Origin: the human T2T-CHM13v2.0 reference genome, Homo sapiens
NCBI RefSeq assembly: GCF_009914755.1
Contig: NC_060929.1
Strand: one strand, 5' to 3'
DNA length: 64,000 nucleotides
Under the pieces are notes generated by a model, which worked only from the letters and a program-made list of their open reading frames with translations, was not told the DNA's origin and made no database searches. This document shows positions 41,293-55,185 of the stretch, in pieces. The translations under genes and the position numbers were made by a program. Positions within the stretch are counted from its first letter, which is position 1. Each line of letters starts with the position of its first letter.

Positions 41293-41770
41293 TGTAGAAG
41301 GTGTGAGATTTTATCCTATATGTAAGCTAACAAATTAGCCTGCCATAGTTTCAAATAGATGCTGGCAGAATACATGAGAGTCCTGGATCAGAGACAAATA
41401 ACTTTATTATTCATGGCCCAGCAAGAAGTATAAGATTTATGTTTGCATAGATTCCTCTTAACCCCCAAGATCCATAGGGTGAGATTCTTTTCTGTCAAAG
41501 CTGAGGAACCTTGAGCTTAGGGAGCCTGAATATTTTATAATGGGCTGTAAGCAAACCTGCCCATCCTTTACCTCATAAAGGAAGATTATCTTTGTAATAC
41601 TGGACAGCACACAGGCACACACTCTGAGCCAGATGGAGACACTATATCTTCTGAAGCTGTTCACTATAGCAACATCTTTAAAAATGTAGAACGAACGGAA
41701 GCTGCCAGTGCTTCTGATAGCAAGATGAGCAGAAATGTGAGAGATACACAGATACTTGTCTCCTAAAACA
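41293..41770 (-). mobile_element. Solo LTR40-like ERVL LTR
   Basis: The minus strand starts TGTTTTAGGAGACAAG...TCTCTCACATTTCTGCTCATCTTGC. The plus strand begins TGTAGAAGGTGTGAGATTTTATCCTA...AAGCTAACAAATTAGCCTGCCA. Confidence 0.8.
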
Positions 41771-42071
41771 TGAATGTGAACATTTGAAGTACTGCCTGGA
41801 ACACCCATTCAATTTTTTTTCATTGGTAAAAGTGTGGTATTTATTACTCAAGACAGTTAGCTTTAGAGTCAAATTCCAATTTTGATGGATTTTAAGTAAT
41901 TGTAGTAATTATCTATGTAATGTGTTATCCAAAAATTGAAAAGAAAATTAAAGATACCAGTGAATATAACAACATTCAGACAAAAGGAATTTTAGAATTT
42001 TAAAACCCTAGAAGTCCACCATACTGAAGAATGATTTTCATGGATGTTTATTTTTACAACTTGATCTAGAT

Positions 42072-42625
42072 AAGTGTTGGCAAAGTACAGCCCATGGGCC
42101 AAATCTGTCCTACTACCAGCTTTTATAAACAACATTTTATTGGAATACAGGTACATTCAGTTGTTACTTATTGTCTATGGCTGCTCTTGCACTAGAATGA
42201 CAGAGTGAAGTAGTTGTGACAGAGAATGTATGGTCTACAAAAGTGGTCCCCAGCCTTTTTGACACCAGGGACTGGTTTCATGGAAGACAATTTTTCCGTG
42301 GACAGGGTAGAAGGGGAACAATAGGATGATTTCAGGATGAAACTGTTCCACCTCAGATCATCAGGCATTACATTCTCATAAGGAGCATACAACATAGATC
42401 CACCACATGCACAGTTCACAATAGGGCTTGTGCTCCTATGAGAATCTAATGCTGCCACTGATCTGACAGGAGGCAGAGCTCAGGTTGTAATGCTCGCTCA
42501 CCCACTGCTCACCTCCTGCTGTGCGGCTTGGTTGCTAACAGGCCAAAGACTGGGTTGGGAACCCCTGGTCTACAAAAGCAAAAATATTTACAATCTAGCT
42601 GCTTACAGATGTCTGTTGACTCCTG
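42072..42625 (+). mobile_element. MER58A (hAT-Charlie) interrupted by MER1B
   Basis: TTGGCAAAGTACAGCCCATGGGCCAAATCTG...TATTGTCTATGGCTGC...TTGACTCCTG with an 8-bp TSD ATCTAGAT/ATCTAAAT. Confidence 0.88.
42241..42567 (+). mobile_element. MER1B (hAT-Charlie) nested in MER58A
   Basis: GGTCCCCAGCCTTTTTGACACCAGGGACTGGTTTCATGGAAGAC...GGTTGGGAACCCCTG with a perfect 8-bp TSD GTCTACAA. Confidence 0.92.
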
Positions 42626-44029
42626 ATCTAAATTCCACAAGAACCATATCACAATAGACACTACAGCATTTTAAATAACATGTTTTAGGGATAAGTTTTT
42701 ATTTGCATTATCAATGGTGATTAATTAATAGCTTTACAAGGGATGTTTTGGTATTTTTAGCTAATCTTTGGAGGTTTGTTTCTATATAACATATGCATGT
42801 TTAGACATTTATAAGTATTTTCAGTAAAATTATTCACAGTATTTTAATAGGTTAAACATGTGTGTCCTTGTTCCCAACACAAGGGCATTTTTTTCTAGAT
42901 TACTTGGCCAATAATGTCTAGTAAAATCCCCATAGAAAGTGTATGACTTTCCAATATCCGAATATACTCGTTGGTTTTTACTATGTCAATACCCTGGATT
43001 TGGGAGGGTGAGGTTGGTAGTGGGACTGTACTGTAATTTTCAAGAACTTTACCTTAATTAATAGTTTGCATTAGTAGAGATTGTAATTTTACATATCCAG
43101 TTAGCACCTGCATTCTGTAAAGGAGACACCATACCTTAAGCTTTCTGTGGTTCTATCCATAGCCCATGTTATAGTTTCAGAAGGTATCACTGGACTTTCC
43201 ATTTAAAAGATTGGGAAAATTGGGGCTTATTTTTCCTTGGGGCATGCTAAGAGCCCATGAAGCTAATTATTTCAGCATTTTTTATTTCATCCTAGATTTG
43301 GCCTTCCTACATTCATTCTTGTCAAACACACACTTGGGCCAGCTTCTCTGTTTTCATTCTAATTGTTCTTTTTCACTTCAGCTAGTTTTGGGGTAATCAC
43401 ATTCAGGAACAAGGAAAATGCGTTGTTTTCCCAGAGTTCAATTAACTGATAGTGCTCTGTCCCAACAGCTGAAAGACAGTCTTGTGGCCAGCTCCTTTTC
43501 TAACCTCCTGGTAACAGAGGTCCTGATAACTTGTAGATTAACAATAGCATTATTCAAAATTGAATATTGTTAATCCCTTTCAACCCTATAATTATTTAAG
43601 GCAAGATATAAGAAACAATTTTTTTTCCTATTTAGATACCATGGAAGTTGTGGCCACTAACCAACATTTCTCATATATAAAATGTAGTGAGTTCTGGATT
43701 TAAGGCCAGATTCCTTTCACCTTCGACTTTGGGAGCCTAAGTAATTTTAATTCATTATGTCTGAAGTTGCATGAACACTAATTTTGGTTATTTTTAAAAT
43801 ATATTTACTCCAAATATTACACAGAAAACACAGATGAATGTGTTGTCTGCATTCATCTGTAATACAACTTTGAAGCAAAAGTTTTAAAATAAGTATTTTG
43901 AATAATTTTACATTTAGAGTTTTATATCTCAATTTTAGGATTTGAATGGTGAGGTACTCAGGGTAAGAAGAGAAGCAAGTTCTCTGGCTCTAAAAAGCAT
44001 TTCTTCTTTAAACCCAGTTGTTTTATAAG

Positions 44030-46389
44030 TGTATCAGCTCATTCTCACATTGCTATAAATAAATGCCTGAGGCAAGGTAACTTATAAAGAAAGGAGGTTT
44101 AATTGGCTCACAGTTCCACAGGCTGTACAGGAAGCATGGCTGAGGAGGCCTCAGGAAACTTTCAATCATGGCAGAAGGCAAGAAGAAAATAGGAAGATCT
44201 TAATATGGCCAGAGCAGGAGGAAGTGGCAGGGAGGTGCCACATACTGTTTAACAACCAGATCTCTCTATCAGGAGAATAGCACCAAAGAGGGAAATCTGC
44301 AGCCATGATCCAATTACCTCCCACCAAGCCCCACCTCCAACACTGGGGATTACAACTCCACGTGAGATTTGGGCAGGGACACAAATCCAAACCATGGCAT
44401 TCCATCCCTGGCCCCTGACCAATCTATGAACTTCTCACATAGCAAAATACAATCATCCCTTCTCAACAGTCCCCCAAAGTCTTAACTCATTTCAGTTAAT
44501 ACTCAGAAGTCCATAATCCAGAGTCTCATCTGAGACAAGGCAAGTCCCTTCAGCCTATGAGCCTGTAAAATAAAAAACAAGTTAGTTATTTCCAAGATAT
44601 GATGGGGTACAGGCATTGGATAAATACTCATGTTCCAAAAGGGAGGAATCAGCCAAAAGAAAGGGGCTACAGGCCCCATGCAAGGCCAAAATCCAGCAGA
44701 GAAGTCATTAAAACTTAAAGCTTCACAATCATGTCCTTTGACTTCATGTCTCACATCCAGGGCACACTGATGGAAGGGGTAAGCTCACTAGGCCTTGGGT
44801 AGCTCTGCCCTTGGGGCTCTGCAGAGCTCATACCCCAGGGCTATTCTCAAGGACTGGCATTAAGTGCCTGTGGCTTTTCTAGGTGCACTGTACAAGCTGC
44901 CAGTGTATCTATTATTCTGGGTTCCAGAGGACAGTGGTCCTCTTCTTACAGCTCCACTAGGCAGTGCTGTAATAGGGAATCTGTGTTGCAGCTCCAACTC
45001 CACCTTTACCCTCCACACTGCACTAGTAGAGGTTCTCCATAAGGGCTCTGCCTCTGCAGCAGGCTTCTGCCTAGACATTGAGGCTTTTCCATACATCTTC
45101 TGAAATCTAGGCAGAGGCTCCCAAGCCTCAAAACTTTCACTCTGCACAACTGCAGGCTTAACACCATGTGGAAGCTGCCAAGGCTTATGGCTTGCACCCT
45201 CTGAAGCAGCAGCCTGAGTATGTGGTTCCCTTTAGCCACTGCTGAAGCTGGTGCTGCCAGGATTCAGGGAGCAGTTTCCCCAGGCTGTGCAGGGGCCTGG
45301 CCCATGAAACCATTCTTCCATTTTAGGCCTCCAGCCCTGTGATGGAAGGGGCTGTAGCAAAGGTCTCTAAAATGCCTTTGAGGCCTTTTCCCATTTTCTT
45401 GGCTATTAATACTTGCCTTCCTTTCAGTTATGCAAATTTCTGAAGCTGGTTTGAATTCCTCCTGAGAAAATGTGCTTTTGTTTTATACTGTATAGCCAGG
45501 CTGCAAATCCTCCTAGCTCTTACACTCTGCTTCCCTTTTAAATATAAATCCCAGGTTCAAGTCATTTGTTCATGCATATGAGAAAGGCTTTTAGAAGCAG
45601 ACAGGCTGCTTCTTAAATGCTTTGCTGCTTAGAAATTTCTTCCACCAGATACCCTAAATCATCTCCCTTAAGTTTAAAATTCCACAGATCCCTAGAGAAA
45701 GGGCACAGTGCCACCAATCTCTTTGCCAAAGCACAGCAAGAGTGAACTTTACTCCAGTTCCCAATAACTTTCTCATTTCCGTCTAAACCACCTCAGTCTG
45801 GACTTCATTTTCCATATCACTATCAGCATTTTGGTCACAACCAGTCAACAAGTCTCTTAGAAGTTCCAAACTTTCCCTCATCTTCCTGTCGTCTTCTGAG
45901 CTCTCCAAACTGTTTTAATATCTGCCCATTACCCAGTTCCAAAGCCGCTTCCACATTTTCAGGTATCTTTATAGGAATTCTCCACTCCTAGGTACCAATT
46001 TTCTGTGTTAGTCAATTCTCGCATTGCTATAAAGAAATCCCTGAGATCGGGTAATTTATAAAGAAGAGAGGTTTAATTGGCTTATGGTTCTGCAGGCTGT
46101 ACTAGAAGCATTACTGGGGAAGCCTCAGGAAACTTTCAATTATGACAGCAGGCCAAAGGGTAACAAGTACGTCTTACATGGCTGGAGCAGGAGGAAGAGA
46201 GAGAGAGTGAACGGGAAGGTGCCATATACTTGTAAACAACCAGATCTCATAAGAACTCTCAGGAGAACAGCATCAAGAGAGGAAATCTGCTGCCATGACC
46301 CAATCACCTCCCACTAGGCCTCACCTCCAACTCCGGGGATTGAAATTCAACGTGAGATTTGGGCAAGGACACAAATCCAAACCTTAACA
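44030..46389 (-). mobile_element. Full-length MSTA-type MaLR provirus (3' LTR 44030-44399; internal 44400-46003; 5' LTR 46004-46389)
   Basis: Two direct LTRs, a ~1.6-kb MST-int, and a perfect 5-bp TSD ATAAG. Confidence 0.94.
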
Positions 46390-47964
46390 ATAAGATAGCA
46401 AATGAAGGCCAGTTTACCTGTTAAGAGAGAGCACACACACTAACAAATATAGTGTAAAAGTAGTAACATAGTTTAGGCATTAAACTTTATGTTATATTAC
46501 ATAATTACACCTCTTTTACTATATTTATGTCTATACTGTGTTTTCAAATTTGCCATGTTATGATAATTATGTTATTTTCATAGGAATATATCTAAATAGT
46601 ATCTTATCAAAATCATTGTTATATCAAAGCAAAAGATTCTGGCATGCATTCTTATATCTTCTGTAGCATTTTTCTTAATAAGCTAGCAGCTCAAGAATTG
46701 GTTCCAAACATTTACTCTGGTGTAATGTGGCCTGTTTAATTATCTTTTCATATTTTTAGCTGTACGTACACGAATAAGCTATCTAAATGTTCTGCATTTA
46801 AGCATCCTTTAGGGTAAAATAATGACAACAATATTATGCGCCTCACAAGATTCCTCTAAAAGCCTATCATCATTCGCAAATAATAGGAAGAATAATAGGA
46901 AGAGGGCATGAGTCCAGAAAATGTTAGCTATCATTGAGATCATGTTAGTGGTCATCCTATTAGAGTGGTATTTCATGTTTCTTTTGTTTGCTGTTTATAT
47001 TTGAACTCAGGTTAAGTACATGGTTTTTTTTCTGAGCCCAAAATGGAATTAAATTGTAAATAATAATTCTGTTTTTCTTTTCAAGGGTAGGGTCTGAAAT
47101 GTTTTAAATACATTACCCATTTTAAGGAAGAGGGGAGACATTATGGGGTTTAGGATAACATAGTGAACATTAGTGATGTAGGAGTTGACAGAAAGATGTC
47201 ATAATAGGTAAACTTTATTAACTTGTTACAGTGACAACACTTTTATTTCTCTTTTTCCAATGGCATTGTAAAATTAAATATTTCATAAAACCAAAGAGCC
47301 CTAAAGCAGGGACTGAAATGATGCTCCTTTTATGAAAATTAGTGACAGTTTTCTAAAGGCTTTAACATGTTTCGATACACTTTTATTATTATTTGTTATT
47401 TAATATCAATTTCTTGATCTTTAAACAAAAAAAATTCTGTCAGTACATTATGCAATTATTGCATCAAAAACTTATAGATGTAAAACAAGATTTTTCCTAA
47501 ACATTCCAACACTGATTTTAAACTTAATCACATATTCCATTCTTATATTTATGATAAGGGATAAATATTACACTGTGTTAATTCTTTGAAGAGTTGCAGC
47601 GGAGCTGTCTCTCCTATTAGTATAAACAATAAAATGAAGACACTGATTTTTTCTTTATAGACATTTCTATAATTAATCATATCTCACCATTTCATTTGGT
47701 CATTAGAAAGTTTAAAAAGTTTAAAGCTAAATATTTAACCAAGCGTTGGCTTAAAAAGAAAAAAAAAGGAGTTAAAGGCATGGGATTATTTTATGTGTGG
47801 ATCATTTGCTACCTGGATCTTATATTGCCAAATGTTTTCACGCATTCGTGTGTGTGTGTGTTTGTGTGTGTTTGTATGTGTGAGAGTCTGTACATACATA
47901 AATTCACATTGTTTTCTAAACATTTTTGTCACTTTAAATCACTTTTCCCTTACTCATTTAAGTA

Positions 47965-48960
47965 TATATTTTTATTTGTATAAATTGAAGAAGTACAAGT
48001 GCTGTTTTGTACATGGATATATTGTGTAGAGGTGAAGTCTGGGCTTTTAGTGTCACCATCCACCAAATAATGTACACTGTATCCAGTAAGTAACTTCTCA
48101 TCCTGCAGCCCCAGATCCTCCAACATTTCTGAATCTCCAATGTCGTTTTTATTCTGCATTCTATGTTTCTGTTTACACTTTATTTGGTTCCCACTCAAAA
48201 AATGAGAACATGTGGTATTTATTTTTCTGTTTCTGAGTTGCTTCACTTAAGATAACATCCTCCAGTTCTGTCCATGTGGTTTCAGAAGATATGATTTCAT
48301 CCTTTTTTAATGGCTGAAATAGTATTTCATTGTTTATATAAACCACATTTTCTTTATCCATGCATTCATTGATGGACAGTTAGGTTGAGTCTATATCTTT
48401 GCTATTGTGAATATTGCTGAAATAAACATGAGTACAGGTATCTTTTTATATAATGATTTATTTTATGGATGGTAGATAACCAGTAGTGGGATCTCTGGAT
48501 TAAACAGTAGTTCTATGTTTAGTTCTTTGAGAAATAGCCTTTCTGTTTTTCACAGAGGTTGTACTAATTTACAGTCCTATCGACAGTGTATAATAGTTCC
48601 CTTTTCTCCACATCCTCACCAATATCTGTTATTTTTTGACATTTTAATAATAACCATTCTAGCTGGTGTAAGATGATATCTCATCTTGTGTTTTTAATTT
48701 GCATTTCCCTGGTGATTAGTGATGTTCAGCAATTTTTTTCATATGCTTGTTGGCCATTTGTATGTCCCTTTTTGAAAAATGTCTATTCATGTCCTTTGCC
48801 CACTTTTTAATGACATTATTTATTTTCATTGTTGTTGTTGAGTTCCTTGTAAATGCTGGATATCAGTCTACTGTTGGAAACATAGTTTGTAAATATTTTC
48901 TCTTGTTCTGAAGGTTGTCTCTTCACTCTTGATAATTTCTTTTGCTGTGCAGAAGCTTTT
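47965..48960 (-). mobile_element. 5'-truncated L1PB4-like element
   Basis: 3' UTR GTAGAGGTGAAGTCTGGGCTTTTAGTGTCACCATC plus ORF2 C-terminal remnants (..ELEDVILSE..QKQKNKYHMFS). Confidence 0.87.
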
Positions 48961-51811
48961 CAAGATATATTGTTTATATTTTTTCAAGAATCATTCTTAA
49001 AACAATGTGGGGTTAAAAATGCGAATGAATTAAGCAGCAATGATAGAGATCCATTCTCACAACATTCACATTTTTCAATACATAACATCTAAATATTAGT
49101 TGATTTGTCTAATATTACATGGAATACAGCAGGTTCTGGATTGGGGGATGAGATGATTAAAATATTTTATTTCAGACAAAATAAAAATTTTACAGTGTAG
49201 TCTAGAAATACTTATCTGGTTGTTTTGAGAGAGATTTACTAGTTATGTGGAATTTAATATGCCCCAAAATGATGCAACAAATAACACCACTTGATCCCAA
49301 TAAATTATTTATCTGTTTTTACTAACTGATGATACAAAATTCAATCCAGATATTTATTTTAATCATCATCTGATATTTGTGATCTACTCTTTAATATGTA
49401 CCAAATTAGGTTAAATGCTTTCTAATATAAACTCATCACAATTATCAAATAATTTCTTCATTGTTAGCTGAAGTACTTAATTTTTAGTTTTTTCTCCAAA
49501 ATTGCATATATTTATATAACCTAATGATTTATTGAATATATGTATGGCCACACAAATGTAAATATTTTAAGCTCCTCATGATTTGATGTACAATTTAAAC
49601 CCAAGAACTATTTTTAAAATGTTCCAGGTTTCATTTTTAAAAATACAAGCTGTCTTTTGAGGTATTTATATACATTTTTAGCTAAAATTCCCGGACTGGC
49701 AGGCTGTTTTCTTTGGCCTGCATAGCATTTTAATTTTTAAAATACTTTTAAAATTATTTGACTTTTTAAAAAATTCATATATTTCTGGCATGGTAATCAG
49801 GCTGTTAGGGTTCTTATTTCCAGATGACATCAATCGTCCTAAGAGAAATAGTGTCTGCACCCTTTCCATTTAACCACAACCAAACTCGCCAAGTTTGCTT
49901 ATTTCATCACCCTGTTGGCTTCTGTAGATATTTCTTCTTGTGACCCACTCTTCACTTCTTTGACTATGAATTTTAAAATGGCAGATAAATTTCAAATCTT
50001 TGATTTTTTTTAATAATAACTAGTTTTGAAGTTGGCATTACTATCCTAATAATGCTATAAGGAGAAAATGTGTAATTGCAAAAGCAAAGGGGGTCAGAAT
50101 GTGCTGCCATGATTTCATCAAGCCTGTGTGTCAGCACCAGTGAGTACTGGTAGCCATGCCATGAAAAAATTTGCTTATATTTCAAATTTGTTTGCAGTAT
50201 ATGTAGTTTTTAACTTGGGCATTATGTGCTTCGCATACATAGATGTCTCCAAAAATGTCTTTTGGACTGTAAATGATAGACTATTCTTCCTTCTGTAGAC
50301 TTCTCTGTCAGAATTAACATGTACCAAATAAGAGTAAAGCTCTACCTCTCATCATGAATCTTTTCACCTTAGAGTAGTAATTCCAGAAAGCATCATGGAA
50401 AATCTGTCTAGATACCTTAGAGAAAAATACGCTGCTATTGCAGAGGATGAGGTTAGGGAGTTTAGATTAATGAGCACCTTTTGCTTAAATCCTTTGGTGG
50501 ATTGCAAATAAGATCATTAAGGCACTTAACTTTATAGTCTATGCATATATTCAAGGAAAATGTCACTTTAAAAAGGTAAATAACCTACAAGATAGCATAA
50601 AGTTAAGCATTTAAAAATTGATAACTGTGTAAAATGATATCCAGAGTAATACTTAAAATCATGCCATAATCACCATACATGCCCTTTGATAGGTGAGCCA
50701 AAAATTAGGTTCTCATATTCACATAGGAAATCAGAAAAGGAGAAACCTTTCCAAGGATAGGGTCCATAGTGTCTGTGTGATATAAAGTGACTGCTCAAAA
50801 AAATTTATTTGTTTTTCTGTGAATGGACATAGTTTAGCAGTTTTCTTAAGCAAAATGTGTTGAAATAGAATTAAGAACAACATCCATGTGTATATTTAAG
50901 TATTAATTTCATAAGACCTTTTCTTACTCTGACCTTTAGCGTGGGCTAGTGACAAAACATCAAAGTGAAATTAGTAAAAGTAACGCTTCAAGTGGCTGAG
51001 AAAATACCATCCTTGAACTTATGCTAATCTGAATAAGAAAGAGAGGAAATATTCTACACCACCCACTTTACAATATGGTTTTCCTCAACTGAGCCTTGAA
51101 TAAGATGCGGTGGCTAGTGACTGGAGAGCAGCTCTTCTGTTGAACATATATCTACATGCTTCAACAGTCTTCTGACTGAAGTTGAGGTGAATGATCACTT
51201 GGAGGCCAAGTAAAGCTTGTGCTGAATTGAAGACCATGTCAGCTCCATGAAAAGGTGGAAAGGATAGGGTCAGTATTCCCATTAGATAGGGTTTCAAATC
51301 TGCTTCAATGCATAGTTGAATTTTTGGTAAAAGCTATAAAATCCTATTTTATACAGCATAGTCAGGAGTATTTTCAATAGGGAAAAAATTTAAGTTTATT
51401 ATAGCTATATCTCTACCTTAGCTTAAGCTCACATGGAATGCCTGTCAAACTGCTAATCCTTGTTGCACCTAGCAGATAAATTGTATGCAAAATACACACT
51501 GCAATAACAATAACAACATTAATGTTAAATATTAATATTCAATTTTAGAAAGAATTTACTGGAAATAATTAAATTTTAAATAGTTTTATGAAATAATTAC
51601 CTAGTAGGATTGTCAGACACAGTCATTTTTTGGTTTAAGAAAATAACATATCATCTATTAATAAATGAATGTTTACATTTTTTTCTTTTGGTTATGGGGC
51701 GGTGGTAAAGTGTGTGTATCCAGATTATCTTAAAACAGGTCTATTGAATTTTTAAGAGACAAAATAAAAAATACAGAGTCACATTAATGGGGTTTTGAAG
51801 TGTTTAAAGCA

Positions 51812-52107
51812 GGCCAGGTGCAGTAGTTCATGCCTATAATCCCAGCATTTTGGCAGACTGAGGCAGGAGAATTGTTTGAGGCTAGGAGTTCGAGATCAGC
51901 CGTGGGAACCTTGTTTCTTCAGAAAGTTTTGAAAATTTGCCAGGTGTTGGTAGTGTGCCTCTGTAGTCCCAGCTACTTAGGAGGCTGAGCTGGGAGGATC
52001 ACTTGAGCCCATGAGGTCAAGGCTGCAGTGAGCCGTGATCACACCACTGCACTCCAATCTGGGTCACACAGTGAGACCCTATCTCAAAAACAACAACCAC
52101 AACAAAA
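51812..52107 (+). mobile_element. AluJ (Jo/Jr-like) with a small left-arm deletion
   Basis: GGCCAGGTGCAGTAGTTCATGCC...GAGGATCACTTGAGCCC...GAGGTCAAGGCTGCAGTGAGC with a (CAA)-rich tail. Confidence 0.92.
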
Positions 52108-52461
52108 GAAGTATTGTGACCATTGAAAATTATTTTTAAAAGCTAGTTTTATGCAAATATAATTACTCATTTTCAATAGGCAGAATGGAAAGATATCACA
52201 CCTGTTAGAAAATGCTTATTAGACACCCAGGATTTAGAATCTTAAATTTAATTTTGAAAGGCATACTAGACCTTATTTTTTATTACAATGTTGTTTGTTC
52301 AGTGAGCTAGCCCAGTGCAGAGTTCATAGTCCTAATGATGTTGAGTGCTTTTCAACTCAATCCTTTATCAAACTTCCAGAGACAAGGTACTGTGCCAAGT
52401 GTTAAATAAAATGAATAAGTCAGGACTTTAAATGATTCTTCCTTCTTAGCAAACCAAATAA

Positions 52462-52705
52462 GTCTAGCATGGTGGCTCAGGGCACAGCTTTCTAGCCAGA
52501 CTGCTTGGTTTCAAATCTGACCTCTTCCATTTAGCTGTTTGGCTTTGGCCAAATTGGTATACACTTCTTTCAATGTTCCCATCAAAATAATGAAGATAAT
52601 AATACTAATACTCTTCTCATAGGACTGTTATGATTATTAAATGAGATAATCCTGGTCAAGGCCTTATTAATAAATGGTAAAGTGTATTATTACTATTATT
52701 GTTAT
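52462..52705 (+). mobile_element. Near full-length MIR
   Basis: TAGCATGGTGGCTCAGGGCACAGCTTTCTAGCCAGACTGCTTGGTTTCAAATCTG...CTCATAGGACTGTTATGATTATTAAATGAGATAAT. Confidence 0.85.
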
Positions 52706-53257
52706 CATTGACTTTTTGCATCTAGCCTTCGTACTTCAGTATGTGATGCTCATTATACATAATCATTATGCAATGCAGTATTACAAAATAAATATTTTTA
52801 AAAAGCAGTCAATGGAGCTATCTTGGGTCTCCTGGGAAATAACAGCTGACTGTCTCACAAGATTCACACTAAGGTATCACTTTGGTAAATGTGCCTTAGT
52901 TTTATTTCTGGTTCAAAACACATGTATATCAGCAAACTGAGAACAGAATTTTCTAAGAGGACCAGATACATTAACCAAGTTCTCAAGAATTATGAAGAAA
53001 AGCAAATGCCACTTTAGAATTTAAAATGAGAAATGTAACTCTCATACAGGCAGGAATACCAACCTTTTCATGACTGTCATATCAGATCATTGAAGTCAGA
53101 TATAATTAAGTTCCAAGTCTGGTGAAAACTGTGTCTGGAAATGTGGAATTTTTATCACTCGAAATGTAAACAGCACCTCATTCAAGATAGTAATTATTTT
53201 GTCAGTGAACTGGAAATAGTGAATGTCCATTATGTAAAGTTCCCTTTCTTCCAGATC

Positions 53258-53300
53258 GTAGACACTGCCATTATTTTCAGTAGACACTGCCATTATTTTC
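53258..53300. repeat. Perfect 22-bp tandem duplication
   Basis: GTAGACACTGCCATTATTTTC(A) occurs twice. Confidence 0.95.
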
Positions 53301-53367
53301 TTTAGTTATTCAGACTTTATAATATTCCTTAGGCAATAAAGTATCTCTGTTTTCCTACCCTAAATAA

Positions 53368-53679
<312 letters not shown>

Positions 53680-54919
53680 AAAAAGTCTTCTTTTAAAGAT
53701 TTGTTAATGCATACAGGTAGGTTATAAATGTTAATAGAAACTCTCAGCTCAGTAACTTTAATATGACTTGGAATTTATCCCTTAAGATGTTATGTGTGAT
53801 TTTTAAAGTTTAACAATATTTCAGAGAGCGTTTTACTCTTGATGTTAGTAGTCTGCATGCAGAAACAATGTTGGTCATAGCTGGTAAGTCTACAGTGGGT
53901 AAAAACCAGTAAAGACTTTGATTTATTTTGCTGTTTTCTATTTGGAGATGAAGAAAATGTTTTTAACGGGATATACACAGAAAATCAAAATGACTACAAA
54001 GTTATCATAAATTTGGCCTACATTTTTATTATTTTATAACACGGTTGTTTCCCTGAAGCTTTTAGAGAAAATAAGAGAATGCTTATGGAAAAGCAATATC
54101 AATAAAAATCTATTAAAACATAAACATTATAAATGTTCATATTATTGTACCTAGGACAATTGATTTGTTTTAAAGTGAAGTCTCCAGGATAAATTACCAT
54201 TAGCTCTAATATTTTCACTTTTGTGTGTTAGATGAAAGAAAATGTCTCTTCTGTGTTTGACTATATATGAATATAAGTGTGTATACATGTTTGACTACAC
54301 ACACACATACAAAATACATACCAAGTATACATACTTTTGGGTCAATTTTTTGCTCCAGTTCATACATTATTTTTAATTTATAAATATCTTCATTGATCAC
54401 ATTGAATAGAATTTCTATTATTTTGATATTTCTCAAATTTGGCCATATGTAGAAGTAATTATCAGAATCTTTAGCTAAAATTATTTACTGTCTACTTGTA
54501 ATGGTTGGTTTTACCTGCAGATGGAAAAACCAGCTAGCCACCCAGATAAGACCCTAACAAACTCCAAAACACAGACCCTATTGATTCCACACAGTCTTAT
54601 ATTCCTCTATATATTTCTCTCACTATTTAAATATCAATAATTGAAAAAAATTACACTTAAAATGAAACCTGTATTTGACAAGTGTGATATATTAAACCAT
54701 CAGCACTATAAATATTAGATGAACTAATTTGTCGGAATATCTTCAGTTTTTTATTACAGTTTGACAGCTTAGACTATATGGCTAGTCAGTTTGGATAACA
54801 GGAGACTAATGAATATCCTGAATAATTGGTGTGAGAAATAAGAGAGCAAAAAAAGTGGGGTGGCACTGGATGCTTTGTAAGTAGACAAATGCCAAGAAAT
54901 GAGATAGCAGAAAATTATA

Positions 54920-55185
54920 ATCATTATTATCATAATATTAACAGGTAGCTTTCATCAGTATGTCCTGTATACCATGACTCTAAGCAGTTTCACATATATT
55001 TACTTAATTTTCCCAATAACTCTGTGATACAAGTTATGCTGTAGTCCTTATTTATACTTGAGGAATCCAAGGCACAGAGAGGGTCTACAATTTGCCCAAG
55101 GTTACCCAGCTACTAGGTGACAGAATATTGATTATGTACCCAGGAAGAATGGGTCGTGAAATGATGTTCTTAACCCTGTGTTATG
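54920..55185 (-). mobile_element. MIR
   Basis: GAGGAATCCAAGGCACAGAGAGGG...TTTGCCCAAGGTTACCCAGCTACTAGGTGACAGA. Confidence 0.8.

Noticed and set aside
46880-46904. 12-bp tandem duplication ATAATAGGAAGA
   Set aside because: An ordinary short slippage duplication.
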